Below are positions 20,008 through 28,513 of a DNA stretch of 64,000 bases, in pieces. Source of the stretch: Longimicrobiales bacterium. Its GTDB lineage: Bacteria > Gemmatimonadota > Gemmatimonadetes > Longimicrobiales > Gaopeijiaceae. Both the position numbers and the translations under genes were made by a program. Location of the stretch: positions 1,696,001 to 1,760,000 of the forward strand of contig OZ250165.1 in the NCBI GenBank assembly GCA_965238005.1, in the 5' to 3' direction. The notes under the pieces were generated by a model. It searched no databases, was not told the DNA's origin, and worked only from the letters and a program-made list of their open reading frames with translations. Every line of letters starts with the position of its first letter. The first letter of the stretch is position 1.

Positions 20008-20310
20008 ACTGTCAGGAGCCCGGTGACCAGCGCCGTGTTGATCGCGTGGAGAGCCACGTTGAAGGCATGGAACGGGAAGGGACCACCGTCGCCCATGGTC
20101 CAGCTCACCGCGTAGCTCAGTGAGGTGATCGGCCTATAGGGTGAGCGACCCGGTGGGACGTGCCCCCGGTACGGTGAGGAGAGGATCTCCGCCGTATTGC
20201 CGATGCCGTGGACGGCAGTGTTCTCGACAATGTCGCCAACGTCGTCCAAGGCATGGCCGTTGCCCAGCGAGGGCAGATAGACGACGAGCGCCAGCAGGGT
20301 TGCAAGTCCG
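20008..20310 (-). pseudogene. N-terminal fragment of a TMTC-like membrane glycosyltransferase, cut by IS3
   Basis: LDDVGDIVEN, YRPITSLSY, FHAFNVALH. Confidence 0.6.
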
Positions 20311-20429
20311 GCTGCACCGAGCGAGGACAGCCGGCCGAGGGGGCCAGCAGGGGGATTGGACTCTTCGCTCGAGTCAGGATAGCGCAGGTCAGGACTCCCA
20401 AGTTGGGGGTGGCTCTCCCCTCGGACGAC

Positions 20430-20870
20430 TCAGCCTGTGGATGACTCGGCCTCCCCGGACTTGAACCCGATCTCGTAGTGACTGTCATCGCAGAACGGCT
20501 TGATCTTGGAAGCGCCGCATCGACAGAGGGCGACGCGGGCGTCTGTGGTGACGACCCGGCCCTCATGATCGACGATCTCCACTCCGCCCCGGACGTAGAG
20601 GGGGCCGTCTACGACGAGCGAGATGCCCGGGTCCGCAGGCGCCTCCTGGGGTCCTCCGTCCGTGCGCTCGAAGCTGAGGGCACCGGTGGGGCAAGTAGCG
20701 ACTACGGCTGCGATCTCGTCAGGCGGGGCCGCCGTGGCGTCGATCCAGGGGCGCCGGTCGGGATCGAATACGGCTCGGAGGCCGTGAACACACTCCTCGG
20801 CGTGAATGCAGCGTCGCACATCGTACCGGACTACGATGCCTTCGCCTTCGTATTCCCTGATCTTGGCCAT
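20430..20870 (-). CDS. Divergent 4Fe-4S domain plus CDGSH-type iron-sulfur protein
   Basis: CIHAEEC, CPTGAL, LCRCGASKIKPFCDDSH. Confidence 0.9.
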   Translation of the reverse strand: MAKIREYEGEGIVVRYDVRRCIHAEECVHGLRAVFDPDRRPWIDATAAPPDEIAAVVATCPTGALSFERTDGGPQEAPADPGISLVVDGPLYVRGGVEIVDHEGRVVTTDARVALCRCGASKIKPFCDDSHYEIGFKSGEAESSTG

Positions 20871-20954
20871 GGCAGTCTCCGAGAGAGTGTGGGCTCGTAT
20901 GATGGATCACGCTGATACACCTAGGCAACTTCGGTAACCCGACCACGTCTGTCC

Positions 20955-21338
20955 GTGCGCCAGTGCCGGGCGGGCCCGCGGGAGGGAGCCGGCCAGTTGC
21001 GGCGGCTCGTCGCATCGGGTGCCCTGGGTCCTGGCGTTGCGCTCCCTTCCGTGCGCCGGCTCGCGGGCGACCTGGGCGTGAACCTGAACACGATCGCCCG
21101 AGCGTATCGACTGCTGGAGGGCGAGGGCTTTCTGGTCATCCGCGACCGTGCAGGTGTGACGGTTGCCGCTCCGGCGGACGAGCTCGAGCACTCCGTGCGC
21201 GCCGGGTTGCTGGATCAGATGCGGGCCACCCTCGCTCGGCTTCGCCAGGCGGGGATGGGAACCGAAGAGCTCCTCGGAAGCGTACGATACGAGGTCCAGG
21301 CCATGGACGGTGGATATACGGAGGTCCGTGATGACTAA
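20955..21338 (+). CDS. GntR (YtrA-like) regulator, N-terminus probably damaged
   Basis: LPSVRRLAGDLGVNLNTIARAY. Confidence 0.75.
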   Translation: MRQCRAGPREGAGQLRRLVASGALGPGVALPSVRRLAGDLGVNLNTIARAYRLLEGEGFLVIRDRAGVTVAAPADELEHSVRAGLLDQMRATLARLRQAGMGTEELLGSVRYEVQAMDGGYTEVRDD

Positions 21339-21600
21339 AGCAGCCGTAGTAAATGCGTTCCTCACGGCACGGGTGCTCTTGGTGGGTGGGTTCCTTTTGG
21401 CGCTTCCACATATCACCCGCAAGGGACTGCTCTTCGGCGTGTGTACGTCGGCGAGGACCTTGCCGCGGGAGACGCCGCGCGCCGGCTCCGGCAGCGCTGG
21501 AATCGCGGTTGCGTGGCGGTGATGGTGATGTCACTCGCTATCGGCCTGGCGATCAGTTTCGCGGGTTGGCCGGTCACGGGTAACCTCACCGGTACGCCCA
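21331..21600 (+). pseudogene. Frameshifted membrane protein fragment coupled to the GntR gene
   Basis: LPHITRKGLLFGV continues in another frame as YVGEDLAAG... Confidence 0.5.
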
Positions 21601-21745
21601 AGGTCTGGCACGGAACAGGTGGAGGGATAACTTGGGCGTGTGAGGGGACCGCCCCTTCCTTGCACGACAGTTCTACCGGCCGCATTCGCTTTCGCCGGGG
21701 TCACGGTCATCTTAAAGGACTAGGGTGACGACTGGAGGTTCAAAG

Positions 21746-23098
21746 ATGACAGGTCGCACAGGCGTACCCGGTGGGTTGGAGCTCGGCATGCTTGCAATCG
21801 TCCTCTGCGCCCCACATCCCGGTTCGAGCCAAGACGTGCAGCAAACCTCTTGCTCGGATATCAGCGTGTTGAGATCGGTGGAAATCCTGGTCTCGTGTGC
21901 CACCACCGGGGACGAGCTCGCTCAGTTCCGCCTCGGGCTGATGTACGATCACGGTTTGGGGGTGCCCGAAGACGATGTTGAAGCAGTCCGCTGGTTTCGG
22001 CTAGCGGCAGAGCAAGGGCTTGCTGAGGCTCAACACAACCTCGGATTCCACTACGCAAACGGTGAGGGCGTTTCCGAAGACGATGTCGAAGCAGTTCGCT
22101 GGTACCGATTAGCGGCAGAGCAAGGCGACGCTAGGGCTCAAAACAACCTCGGATTCCAATACAGAAACGGTTATGGCGTCCCCGAAGACGACGCCGAGGC
22201 CATTCGCTGGTATCGATCAGCGGCAGAGCAGGGCGACGCTATGGCTCAATACAACCTCGGGAACATGCACGCCATCGGGGAGGGCGTTCCCGAAGACGAC
22301 ACCGAGGCAGTCCGCTGGCTTCGGCTAGCCGCAGAGCAAGGCCATGCTCGAGCTCAGTCGAATCTCGGGATCATGTACGCCGACGGTGAGGGCGTTCCCG
22401 AGGAGGCTGCCGAGGCAATCCGTTGGCTTCGGCTGGCTGCTGAGCAAGGGCTTGCTCGGGCTCAATACAACCTCGGGCTCATGTACGCCAACGGGGAGGG
22501 CGTTCCTGAGGATGATGCCGAGGCAGTTCGGTGGCTTCGGCTGGCCGGTGAGCAAGGCTATGCTAGGGCTCAATACAACCTCGGGAACATGTACGCCAAC
22601 GGTGAGGGCGTTCCCGAGGATGATGCCGAGGCAGTCCGTTGGTATCGGCTGGCCGCTGAGCAAGGGCTTGCTCGGGCTCAATACAACCTCGGGCTCATGT
22701 ACGCCAACGGGGAGGGTGTTCCCGAGGACCATGCTGAGGAAGTTCGGTGGCTTCTGTTGGCTGCTGAGCAAGGCTATGCTCGGGCTCAATTCAACCTCGG
22801 GAACATATACGCCAACGGTGCAAGTGTGCCCGAGGATGATGTTGAGGCAGTCCGTTGGCTTCGGCTGGCTGCTGAGCAAGGGCTTGCTCGGGCTCAATAC
22901 AACCTTGGGAACATGTACGCCAACGGGGAGGGCGTTCCCGAGGACTATGTCCTCGCATATGAGTGGTACGACATCTCCGCGGCCCAAGGAAATGAGCTCG
23001 CGCAGAAGAACAAAGAGATAATCGTGCAGCGGATGACCCGCGAGCAGATCGCCGAGGCCCAGAGGCTTTCCCGCGAGTGGCTCGAACAGCATCGCTGA
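21746..23098 (+). CDS. Secreted Sel1-like repeat protein (10 repeats of 36 aa)
   Basis: AQYNLGxMYANGEGVPEDxxEAVRWxRLAAEQG repeated. Confidence 0.95.
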   Translation: MTGRTGVPGGLELGMLAIVLCAPHPGSSQDVQQTSCSDISVLRSVEILVSCATTGDELAQFRLGLMYDHGLGVPEDDVEAVRWFRLAAEQGLAEAQHNLGFHYANGEGVSEDDVEAVRWYRLAAEQGDARAQNNLGFQYRNGYGVPEDDAEAIRWYRSAAEQGDAMAQYNLGNMHAIGEGVPEDDTEAVRWLRLAAEQGHARAQSNLGIMYADGEGVPEEAAEAIRWLRLAAEQGLARAQYNLGLMYANGEGVPEDDAEAVRWLRLAGEQGYARAQYNLGNMYANGEGVPEDDAEAVRWYRLAAEQGLARAQYNLGLMYANGEGVPEDHAEEVRWLLLAAEQGYARAQFNLGNIYANGASVPEDDVEAVRWLRLAAEQGLARAQYNLGNMYANGEGVPEDYVLAYEWYDISAAQGNELAQKNKEIIVQRMTREQIAEAQRLSREWLEQHR

Positions 23099-23280
23099 GT
23101 TTGGAATCTGCGTCCTAAATGGGTCGGGCGTACTGCCCGACCTCGTCGGAGCCGACCTCGGCCAGACGAAGCTAACTGAGTGCGAATCTCGGCGAGGCGA
23201 AACTGGGAAGTGGATCCGGGGACGTATAGATTGGACTTCTTCGTAGCGCACGATTAGGGGGTTGCCTTGTGGCTTCTCCC

Positions 23281-23308
23281 TTGACAGGGGGCTTCTGGCG
23301 ATTAGCGT
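23281..23308 (+). promoter_or_regulatory. Putative sigma70 promoter
   Basis: TTGACA (23281-23286), 16-nt spacer, TAGCGT (23303-23308). Confidence 0.55.
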
Positions 23309-23360
23309 TGTTCTTTGGAGGATGGGTCACAAAACAGATGTGCGTAAAAGGACGCTGGTC

Positions 23361-23432
23361 GTGATACTCAACAGTTGTTGTTGCCGATGTTCTTGTCCGA
23401 GCCCGGTGGGGTGTCGGGGAGACGTCGTATAG
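23361..23432 (+). CDS. Cys-rich leader peptide 1 (VILNSCCCRCSCPSPVGCRGDVV)
   Basis: GTG start 8 nt after AAAGGA (alternative in-frame ATG at 23322); 6 Cys codons; TAG at 23430. Confidence 0.75.
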   Translation: MILNSCCCRCSCPSPVGCRGDVV

Positions 23433-23460
23433 GCATACACGCGACTGGATTCCCTGAAGC

Positions 23461-23488
23461 GCCACCGGAGACATTCGGTGGCTTTTTT
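23461..23488 (+). terminator. Attenuator terminator 1
   Basis: GCCACCGGA-GACA-TTCGGTGGC plus T6; 5' arm can alternatively pair with leader sequence 23403-23420. Confidence 0.85.
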
Positions 23489-23509
23489 GTGAGGATTATT
23501 TCCCAGATC

Positions 23510-23542
23510 AAAAAGGCCATCGGGTTTCGCCGCTGGCCTTTT
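23510..23542. terminator. Hairpin with A and U tracts between the two attenuators
   Basis: AAAAAGGCCA...TGGCCTTTTT. Confidence 0.55.
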
Positions 23543-23639
23543 TGTTCGAACCGGGTAGGACAGGCAGCGGAAGAACTGGAAAACTTAGGACGAGGTATTC
23601 GAAGGCGTGCGGTTCCATGAAGATCTGGAGGTTTTGGAG

Positions 23640-23720
23640 ATGACTCCACGGACGGCCATGTGTTGTTGTTGTTGTTGCACGGTAACGCCTAGAGAGGGGC
23701 GCGTTCCGACGAGTCGTTGA
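23640..23720 (+). CDS. Poly-Cys leader peptide 2 (MTPRTAMCCCCCCTVTPREGRVPTSR)
   Basis: GGAGG 8 nt before ATG; six consecutive Cys codons at 23661-23678; TGA at 23718. Confidence 0.85.
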   Translation: MTPRTAMCCCCCCTVTPREGRVPTSR

Positions 23721-23744
23721 GAAGAAACCAAGACTCAAGCGAAC

Positions 23745-23777
23745 GCCGCGGCCCCTCGAGGGTCGCGGCTTTTTTTT
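23745..23777 (+). terminator. Attenuator terminator 2
   Basis: GCCGCGGCCC-CTCGA-GGGTCGCGGC plus T8; 5' arm can alternatively pair with 23694-23706. Confidence 0.9.
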
Positions 23778-23829
23778 GGGTCTCAACTCTGGAAGAAAGC
23801 ATGTTGAAATTGAAATCGGAAGGCAGCAG

Positions 23830-24528
23830 ATGACTGCGGCGACAGCGGGTATCGAAGACGTGAGATGGATCAACGAACGGCTCGAGGGAGCACATCCTTC
23901 GGACGCCATTCGCTGGGCCGTCGAGAACGTAACGCCCGGGCGGCTGATCGTGGCTTCTTCGTTCGGGTCCACGGGGATGGTGAATCTTCACCTGCTCGCG
24001 GAGATCGCGCCTCAGGTGCCCGTTGCATTCGTGGACACGCTGTACCACTTCCCTGAGACCCTGGAGCATGCCGAGCGGGTGAAGGCACACTATGGCCTCG
24101 ATGTGCGCGTCTACCGGCCCGCCGCGTCACGTGCGGCGTTCCAGGCGAGGTACGGGGAGCGGTTGTGGGAACGTGACTTGGAACTCTTTCATCGACTCAC
24201 GCGGGTCGAGCCCATGAAGCGGGCCCTCCGTGGCGTGGAGGGATGGATCACCGGGCGGCGCCGGGACCAGGCAGCCAGCCGTGCCGCTCTGGCCCACGTG
24301 GAGGTTGGGGATCGCATCAAGATCAACCCGCTGGCCTCTTGGCCGGCCGAAGAGGTTTGGTCCTTCATCCGCGCGAACGGGGTGCCGTACAACCCGCTCC
24401 ACGACCTCGGCTACCAGAGCCTCGGCGACCAACCTCTGACAACGCCCGTTTCCGAGGAAGAGCACGAGCGGGCCGGTCGGTGGAGGGGGAGCCAACGTTT
24501 GGAATGCGGCATACACGCCCTGACGTAA
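23830..24528 (+). CDS. cysH: Phosphoadenylyl-sulfate (PAPS) reductase, copy 1
   Basis: SSFG, VDTLYHFPET, GRRRDQ, ERAGRW, ECGIH; GGAAGG before ATG 23830. Confidence 0.92.
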   Translation: MTAATAGIEDVRWINERLEGAHPSDAIRWAVENVTPGRLIVASSFGSTGMVNLHLLAEIAPQVPVAFVDTLYHFPETLEHAERVKAHYGLDVRVYRPAASRAAFQARYGERLWERDLELFHRLTRVEPMKRALRGVEGWITGRRRDQAASRAALAHVEVGDRIKINPLASWPAEEVWSFIRANGVPYNPLHDLGYQSLGDQPLTTPVSEEEHERAGRWRGSQRLECGIHALT

Positions 24529-24556
24529 AGCCTCATGCGGCACACGACTCAACGTC

Positions 24557-24607
24557 GCCGACCGGCGACCTGGATTCTCATAGCCGACCGGCGACCTGGA
24601 TTCTCAT
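24557..24607 (+). repeat. 25-bp tandem duplication just past the cassette end
   Basis: GCCGACCGGCGACCTGGATTCTCAT present twice. Confidence 0.85.
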
Positions 24608-24728
24608 TTGGGATGGGAGTTGAAAAGGAAAATCGATGAGCGCGAATAAGGTTGAGCCATCGGAGCCACGGCATTGGAAGGGAAGGCTCAAGTGGCCCGA
24701 CTCGCGGTGACCGCACATCGGGGGAAGC

Positions 24729-25031
24729 ATGGCCCGGCTAGCCTCAAGAGCCGGCCAGGAAAAGTACATCGTCGACGGGACGCGGGGCGAGTACTGGCTC
24801 CCCGAGGAGATCTGGAACGAAGTCTGGGGTGTCATTGACGCAATAGCGAGGAATCACCGCTGGACGACGGCCGTGAAACCCGCACAGCGGGCCGCCATCG
24901 AGAGGCTGAGAGAGGTCCTGCTACACGTCGAGCAGAGCGGACTCGATCTCGCCACGATCGATAACCAGCAGCTGATCCGAGAACACCCGGGATGGCAGCA
25001 GGCCCGCGCTGCGGCCCCCGTAGGCCTTTGA
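24729..25031 (+). CDS. Hypothetical protein
   Basis: 100 aa ORF with protein-like composition. Confidence 0.5.
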   Translation: MARLASRAGQEKYIVDGTRGEYWLPEEIWNEVWGVIDAIARNHRWTTAVKPAQRAAIERLREVLLHVEQSGLDLATIDNQQLIREHPGWQQARAAAPVGL

Positions 25032-25329
25032 TTTTCCTTCCCTATCCTCACCCGAGTATGGCGTCCACTCTGCTCGTGAAGCCCACGATTGGTTCCTGCG
25101 CATGATACGCGACCACGAGGAATTCGAGGTGGTGACGGATGAGCCTGGGGAGTGGCCGATGCCGTTTTGTGGTGAGACGGTCAGGAAAGTCACGAGTCTG
25201 TGACGCGAATGATCATGCAAGAATCTGGGTCGATAAGGGCGATTACTTGACATAATAGTGATTATAGGCACGTCAGGAAGCCGAGGAACATTATCACTAC
25301 GAAGAGGGCGATTCAGGGACCGCTGTCCG

Positions 25330-25692
25330 CTACGAGCCAACCGCGAAACTCCATGTCTCTGTTATCAACCCATCAATCATCAGTACGGCCACGTACGACC
25401 CACGGGGGAGGCTGGGGAAGGCTACGGCAACGTTTGTGCCCGCCTGGATATGGCCAGTATCTGTACCGGCTACCCGGCCTGATAGCTGCTGTAGAATGTT
25501 CACGGTGTATATCTTACCGCCGTACCCGACGATCTTCACGGCCACCACCTGACCGGTGCCGAAGTTGTGCATTCGTGGTGCTGATAACTCCGCCCAACGA
25601 GCCCGGTCGGTCGTGAACATCGCCTTCGTCGCACAGCCGGTGACCAAGAATACACTCAGGAACACGACTTGCCATCCAGCATGCCCTTTCAC
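25330..25692 (-). CDS. Putative lipoprotein
   Basis: Hydrophobic signal ending in a VTGC lipobox. Confidence 0.55.
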   Translation of the reverse strand: MKGHAGWQVVFLSVFLVTGCATKAMFTTDRARWAELSAPRMHNFGTGQVVAVKIVGYGGKIYTVNILQQLSGRVAGTDTGHIQAGTNVAVAFPSLPRGSYVAVLMIDGLITETWSFAVGS

Positions 25693-25889
25693 GTCGCCTC
25701 GCTGCTCTTGGGTCGGAATCTCGTGCCGGAGTGGAAGAGCGTACCGATAGATGTAGAAGCGGCTTTCCCATCCTGCACTCTACGCTCCACGCCTCTGTCT
25801 CTTGTTGTGTGTCAAATTACGTTACCGACCCTAGGAGCCACAACAGGGCCACCCATCTCGAGGAGGTACCGCGATCAGGGCGGCTCCGT

Positions 25890-26011
25890 CAGACTGGGCG
25901 AACTCCACCATCCGCGCCTTGAACTCCGGCGGGTACCGTCCTCGGGTCCTTGGCATCGTGACACCTCCTGTACCTCAGTGTGGAAGTGTCCATCAAACCG
26001 GGCAAACTCCA
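25890..26011 (-). mobile_element. IS3-family left end with an orfA stub
   Basis: TGGAGTTTGCCCGGTTTGATGGACAC terminus; MPRTRGRYPPEFKARMVE. Confidence 0.75.
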
Positions 26012-26264
26012 CTCCAGGCACCTCGCCGACGCGTGGCTGCGGAGGGTAGAAGGGATTGCCGAGCTTGAGCCTCAGAAGGGAAGCCTCTGGCATGCATACA
26101 GGCGCAAGTGGGCCACTGAGAGAAAGCACCTTCCCGATGTAGACGTAGCTGCGGCTGGCGGCTGGAAGGGCACTGAGAGCCTCAAGACCGCCTACCAACA
26201 AGCGGACGAGGCCACTATCTTGCGTGTCGTCCTTGAGGCGGCTGAGTTGAGGGAAGCGAAGTGA
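26012..26264 (+). pseudogene. Tyrosine integrase C-terminal fragment next to tRNA-Pro
   Basis: HAYRR box, GGWK...AY catalytic region; 5' part removed at the IS end. Confidence 0.75.
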
Positions 26265-26361
26265 GAGCTTCCCCAACGTACACAGTAACGTACACACCCT
26301 CAGGTGAGGCCGGGTCTCCCAAGCCAGTCACATGGCTTCATTGTGGGAAGAAGGACCCTTA

Positions 26362-26435
26362 CGGGGCGTGGCGCAGTCCGGTAGCGCGCCTGCTTTGGGA
26401 GCAGGAGGTCCCCGGTTCGAATCCGGGCGCCCCGA
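26362..26435 (+). tRNA. tRNA-Pro(TGG)
   Basis: Complete cloverleaf CGGGGCG...CGCCCCG-A; anticodon arm CCTGC-TTTGGGA-GCAGG. Confidence 0.96.
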
Positions 26436-26526
26436 CTGATGTAACTGGTTGCTAGTATCAGCGTTACAGGAAACTCCTCTACGAGATTCTCGAGAGGGGT
26501 CTCTATGTTTCTCTCTTCGGCTGACG

Positions 26527-27936
26527 CTAATGCCCCCCCATGCCACCGTGGGAGCCCAGGGGCCCCGACCTCGAGCGGATGCGGTCCAGGAACTCCTGCT
26601 GTCGAGCCTGGAGCTGGGCCAATCCGATGAGGGCGACCAGATCGCCCTCGTTCAAGCCGCTCACGACCTGAGTGTAGTCCCAGTCATTCCAGTCGGTCAT
26701 CACCATGCGTGGCTCGATGGCTCCGTCCTCGCCCACCACGAACGCCACGGCGCGCCTCGCCCCCCGCATGGGCCCAGCCGCATTCGGGCCACCCCTGTGC
26801 CGCGCCGCCGCTGCGCCATCGCCGGACTGGTGAAACGCCCTACTCCGGCCCTCGCCGTCGCGTGAGTAGCCTCCCTCGTCCCCGTGATTCGCACCAGCCG
26901 GACGACCACCTTCGGGCCAGGCTCCAGAGCCGCCACCACGCTCGCGACCACCCGCCAACATGCTTTGCATGTCGATGGCATCGGCGTCGAGGCCGAGCAC
27001 CATCGCTGCGGGAATCGCATCCTGCGGCATGACCACGGCGTTGTTCGGAATCAACAGTACGTCGGGGACCTCAGCGATCTCGATCCCAACCTCGGAGTTC
27101 ATCCCGGGCCTGAGGAGCCGTGAGGCGTTGTCGAGTCGAACGATGACCGGGAACATGGTCACGTTCTGCTTGACAACGGCCTGGGGCTCAATCTTGTTCA
27201 CGACTCCGACGAACGTTCGATCAGGATACGCGTCGACCTTCACCATGGCCGTCATGTTGTCCAGGATCTCGCCCAATTCCGACTCGTCCACCAACGAGCG
27301 CACCTGCATAACCTCCAAGTTGGCCATGACCAGGAGTGTGGTTCCGCTAGAGACGTTCTGGGAAGCGGACTGGATGACCTGGCCCTCCTCCACGTTCTTT
27401 TCGAGGATCGTACCGGCAATGGGTGCACCGATCGTCACGTCCTCGAGGCGGAGCTGAGCCAACTCCATGTTGGTCTGGGCCTTTATGAGCGTAGCCTGGG
27501 AATTAGCGAATTCTAGGTTCCTGCTCTCGTGCTCCTGGGCCGAGATCACACCGGAGGCCATCAGCTCCTCTGAGCGTTTCAACTGCGCCTTCGAGATGTC
27601 GAAGCGCGTCTGGGCCACCTCGAGATCGGCTTTCGCTTGATCGAATTCGTTTCGAACATCCCGGGGATCGATCTCGGCCAGAAGGTCTCCTGGCTCTACC
27701 TCATCGCCGACGGCGACGTAGAGACGAAGAATCTCACCCGACGCCTTGGACTTGACCTCGACCTTCCGGATGGGCTCCACGTTACCGGTGGCGTCCACCG
27801 TGATCATGAGATCTCCACGTACCACGGCCGCGGTCTGGACTCCCGGAGCCTCTCCAGCTTCACCGATTCCGCAAGCAGCCAGGACCGGAAGCAGAAGAGT
27901 CGCTCCCCAGAGTCCAATCATTCGAGTCGGAGTCAT
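26527..27936 (-). CDS. Efflux periplasmic adaptor subunit (MacA/HlyD-like), lipoprotein
   Basis: LAAC lipobox, VEVKSKASGEI, APIAGTI, LRPGMN. Confidence 0.9.
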   Translation of the reverse strand: MTPTRMIGLWGATLLLPVLAACGIGEAGEAPGVQTAAVVRGDLMITVDATGNVEPIRKVEVKSKASGEILRLYVAVGDEVEPGDLLAEIDPRDVRNEFDQAKADLEVAQTRFDISKAQLKRSEELMASGVISAQEHESRNLEFANSQATLIKAQTNMELAQLRLEDVTIGAPIAGTILEKNVEEGQVIQSASQNVSSGTTLLVMANLEVMQVRSLVDESELGEILDNMTAMVKVDAYPDRTFVGVVNKIEPQAVVKQNVTMFPVIVRLDNASRLLRPGMNSEVGIEIAEVPDVLLIPNNAVVMPQDAIPAAMVLGLDADAIDMQSMLAGGRERGGGSGAWPEGGRPAGANHGDEGGYSRDGEGRSRAFHQSGDGAAAARHRGGPNAAGPMRGARRAVAFVVGEDGAIEPRMVMTDWNDWDYTQVVSGLNEGDLVALIGLAQLQARQQEFLDRIRSRSGPLGSHGGMGGH

Positions 27937-28513
27937 ACTTCGACCCTCCTATCTCCGATCAAGACATCCCCCATGATCGTTCCATCCCCAATTATGACGG
28001 TAAGGGTAGCCAGAACAAAAGCCCTTTCACGGGTCGGGGGATAACTTGAGGGGGAGGACCAAGGCGGTCAACATAAAGCCTTACGCCAGCGTTTGGGGGT
28101 CAAGGGAAGACAGCTGGAGCCGTTGGAGGACTGGGATCGCGATCTCTGAGCCGGAGGGGGCCTGCTGGGGCAGGCGGTCTCTATGTTTGTCTCTATGTTG
28201 GGGACGAGATTGGTGGTGTTTGGAGGCTCGTCTGACCGATGAGAGGATGACTAGACTCCATCCTCTCGAATCGTGAGCTGGCGGTCTCTGGCGCGACAGG
28301 AGCTGAAGCCACCAAGACCAGGGGCCAATGCCATGATCCAGCTGAGACAGCTAGCCCGGTGGGTTCTCGGAACGGACGAGGCCATCAGGAGACCGGCAGC
28401 GGATCGGCTTGCCCCTCTTTGGGAGCGATAGAATCGGGTTGCCCCCCCCGGCCGCTCCCCCCGGCGGTCTGGCATCAAGTATCTGCGGGAATTCGTTAGG
28501 GTGCGTGCCCTAG

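Larger units (their letters stand above)
23255..24546 (+). repeat. ~1.29 kb cassette duplicated at 49063-50354
   Basis: Near-identical sequence at offset 25808; two differences seen (24142, 24531). Confidence 0.95.

Noticed and set aside
21920..23000. CRISPR-like periodic repeats
   Set aside because: 108-bp coding Sel1 repeats without unique spacers; no cas genes or CRISPR array seen in the window
23661..23678. (TGT)n as a simple microsatellite or contingency repeat
   Set aside because: It is in frame behind a good SD/ATG, ends in the synonymous TGC, is mirrored by a second Cys-rich leader, and precedes a cysteine-pathway gene
23361..23720. Leaders as metallothionein or RiPP precursors, or the region as a T-box/SAM riboswitch
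   Set aside because: No modifying enzymes nearby and no T-box or SAM-I consensus recognised; overlap with terminator/antiterminator pairs explains them better
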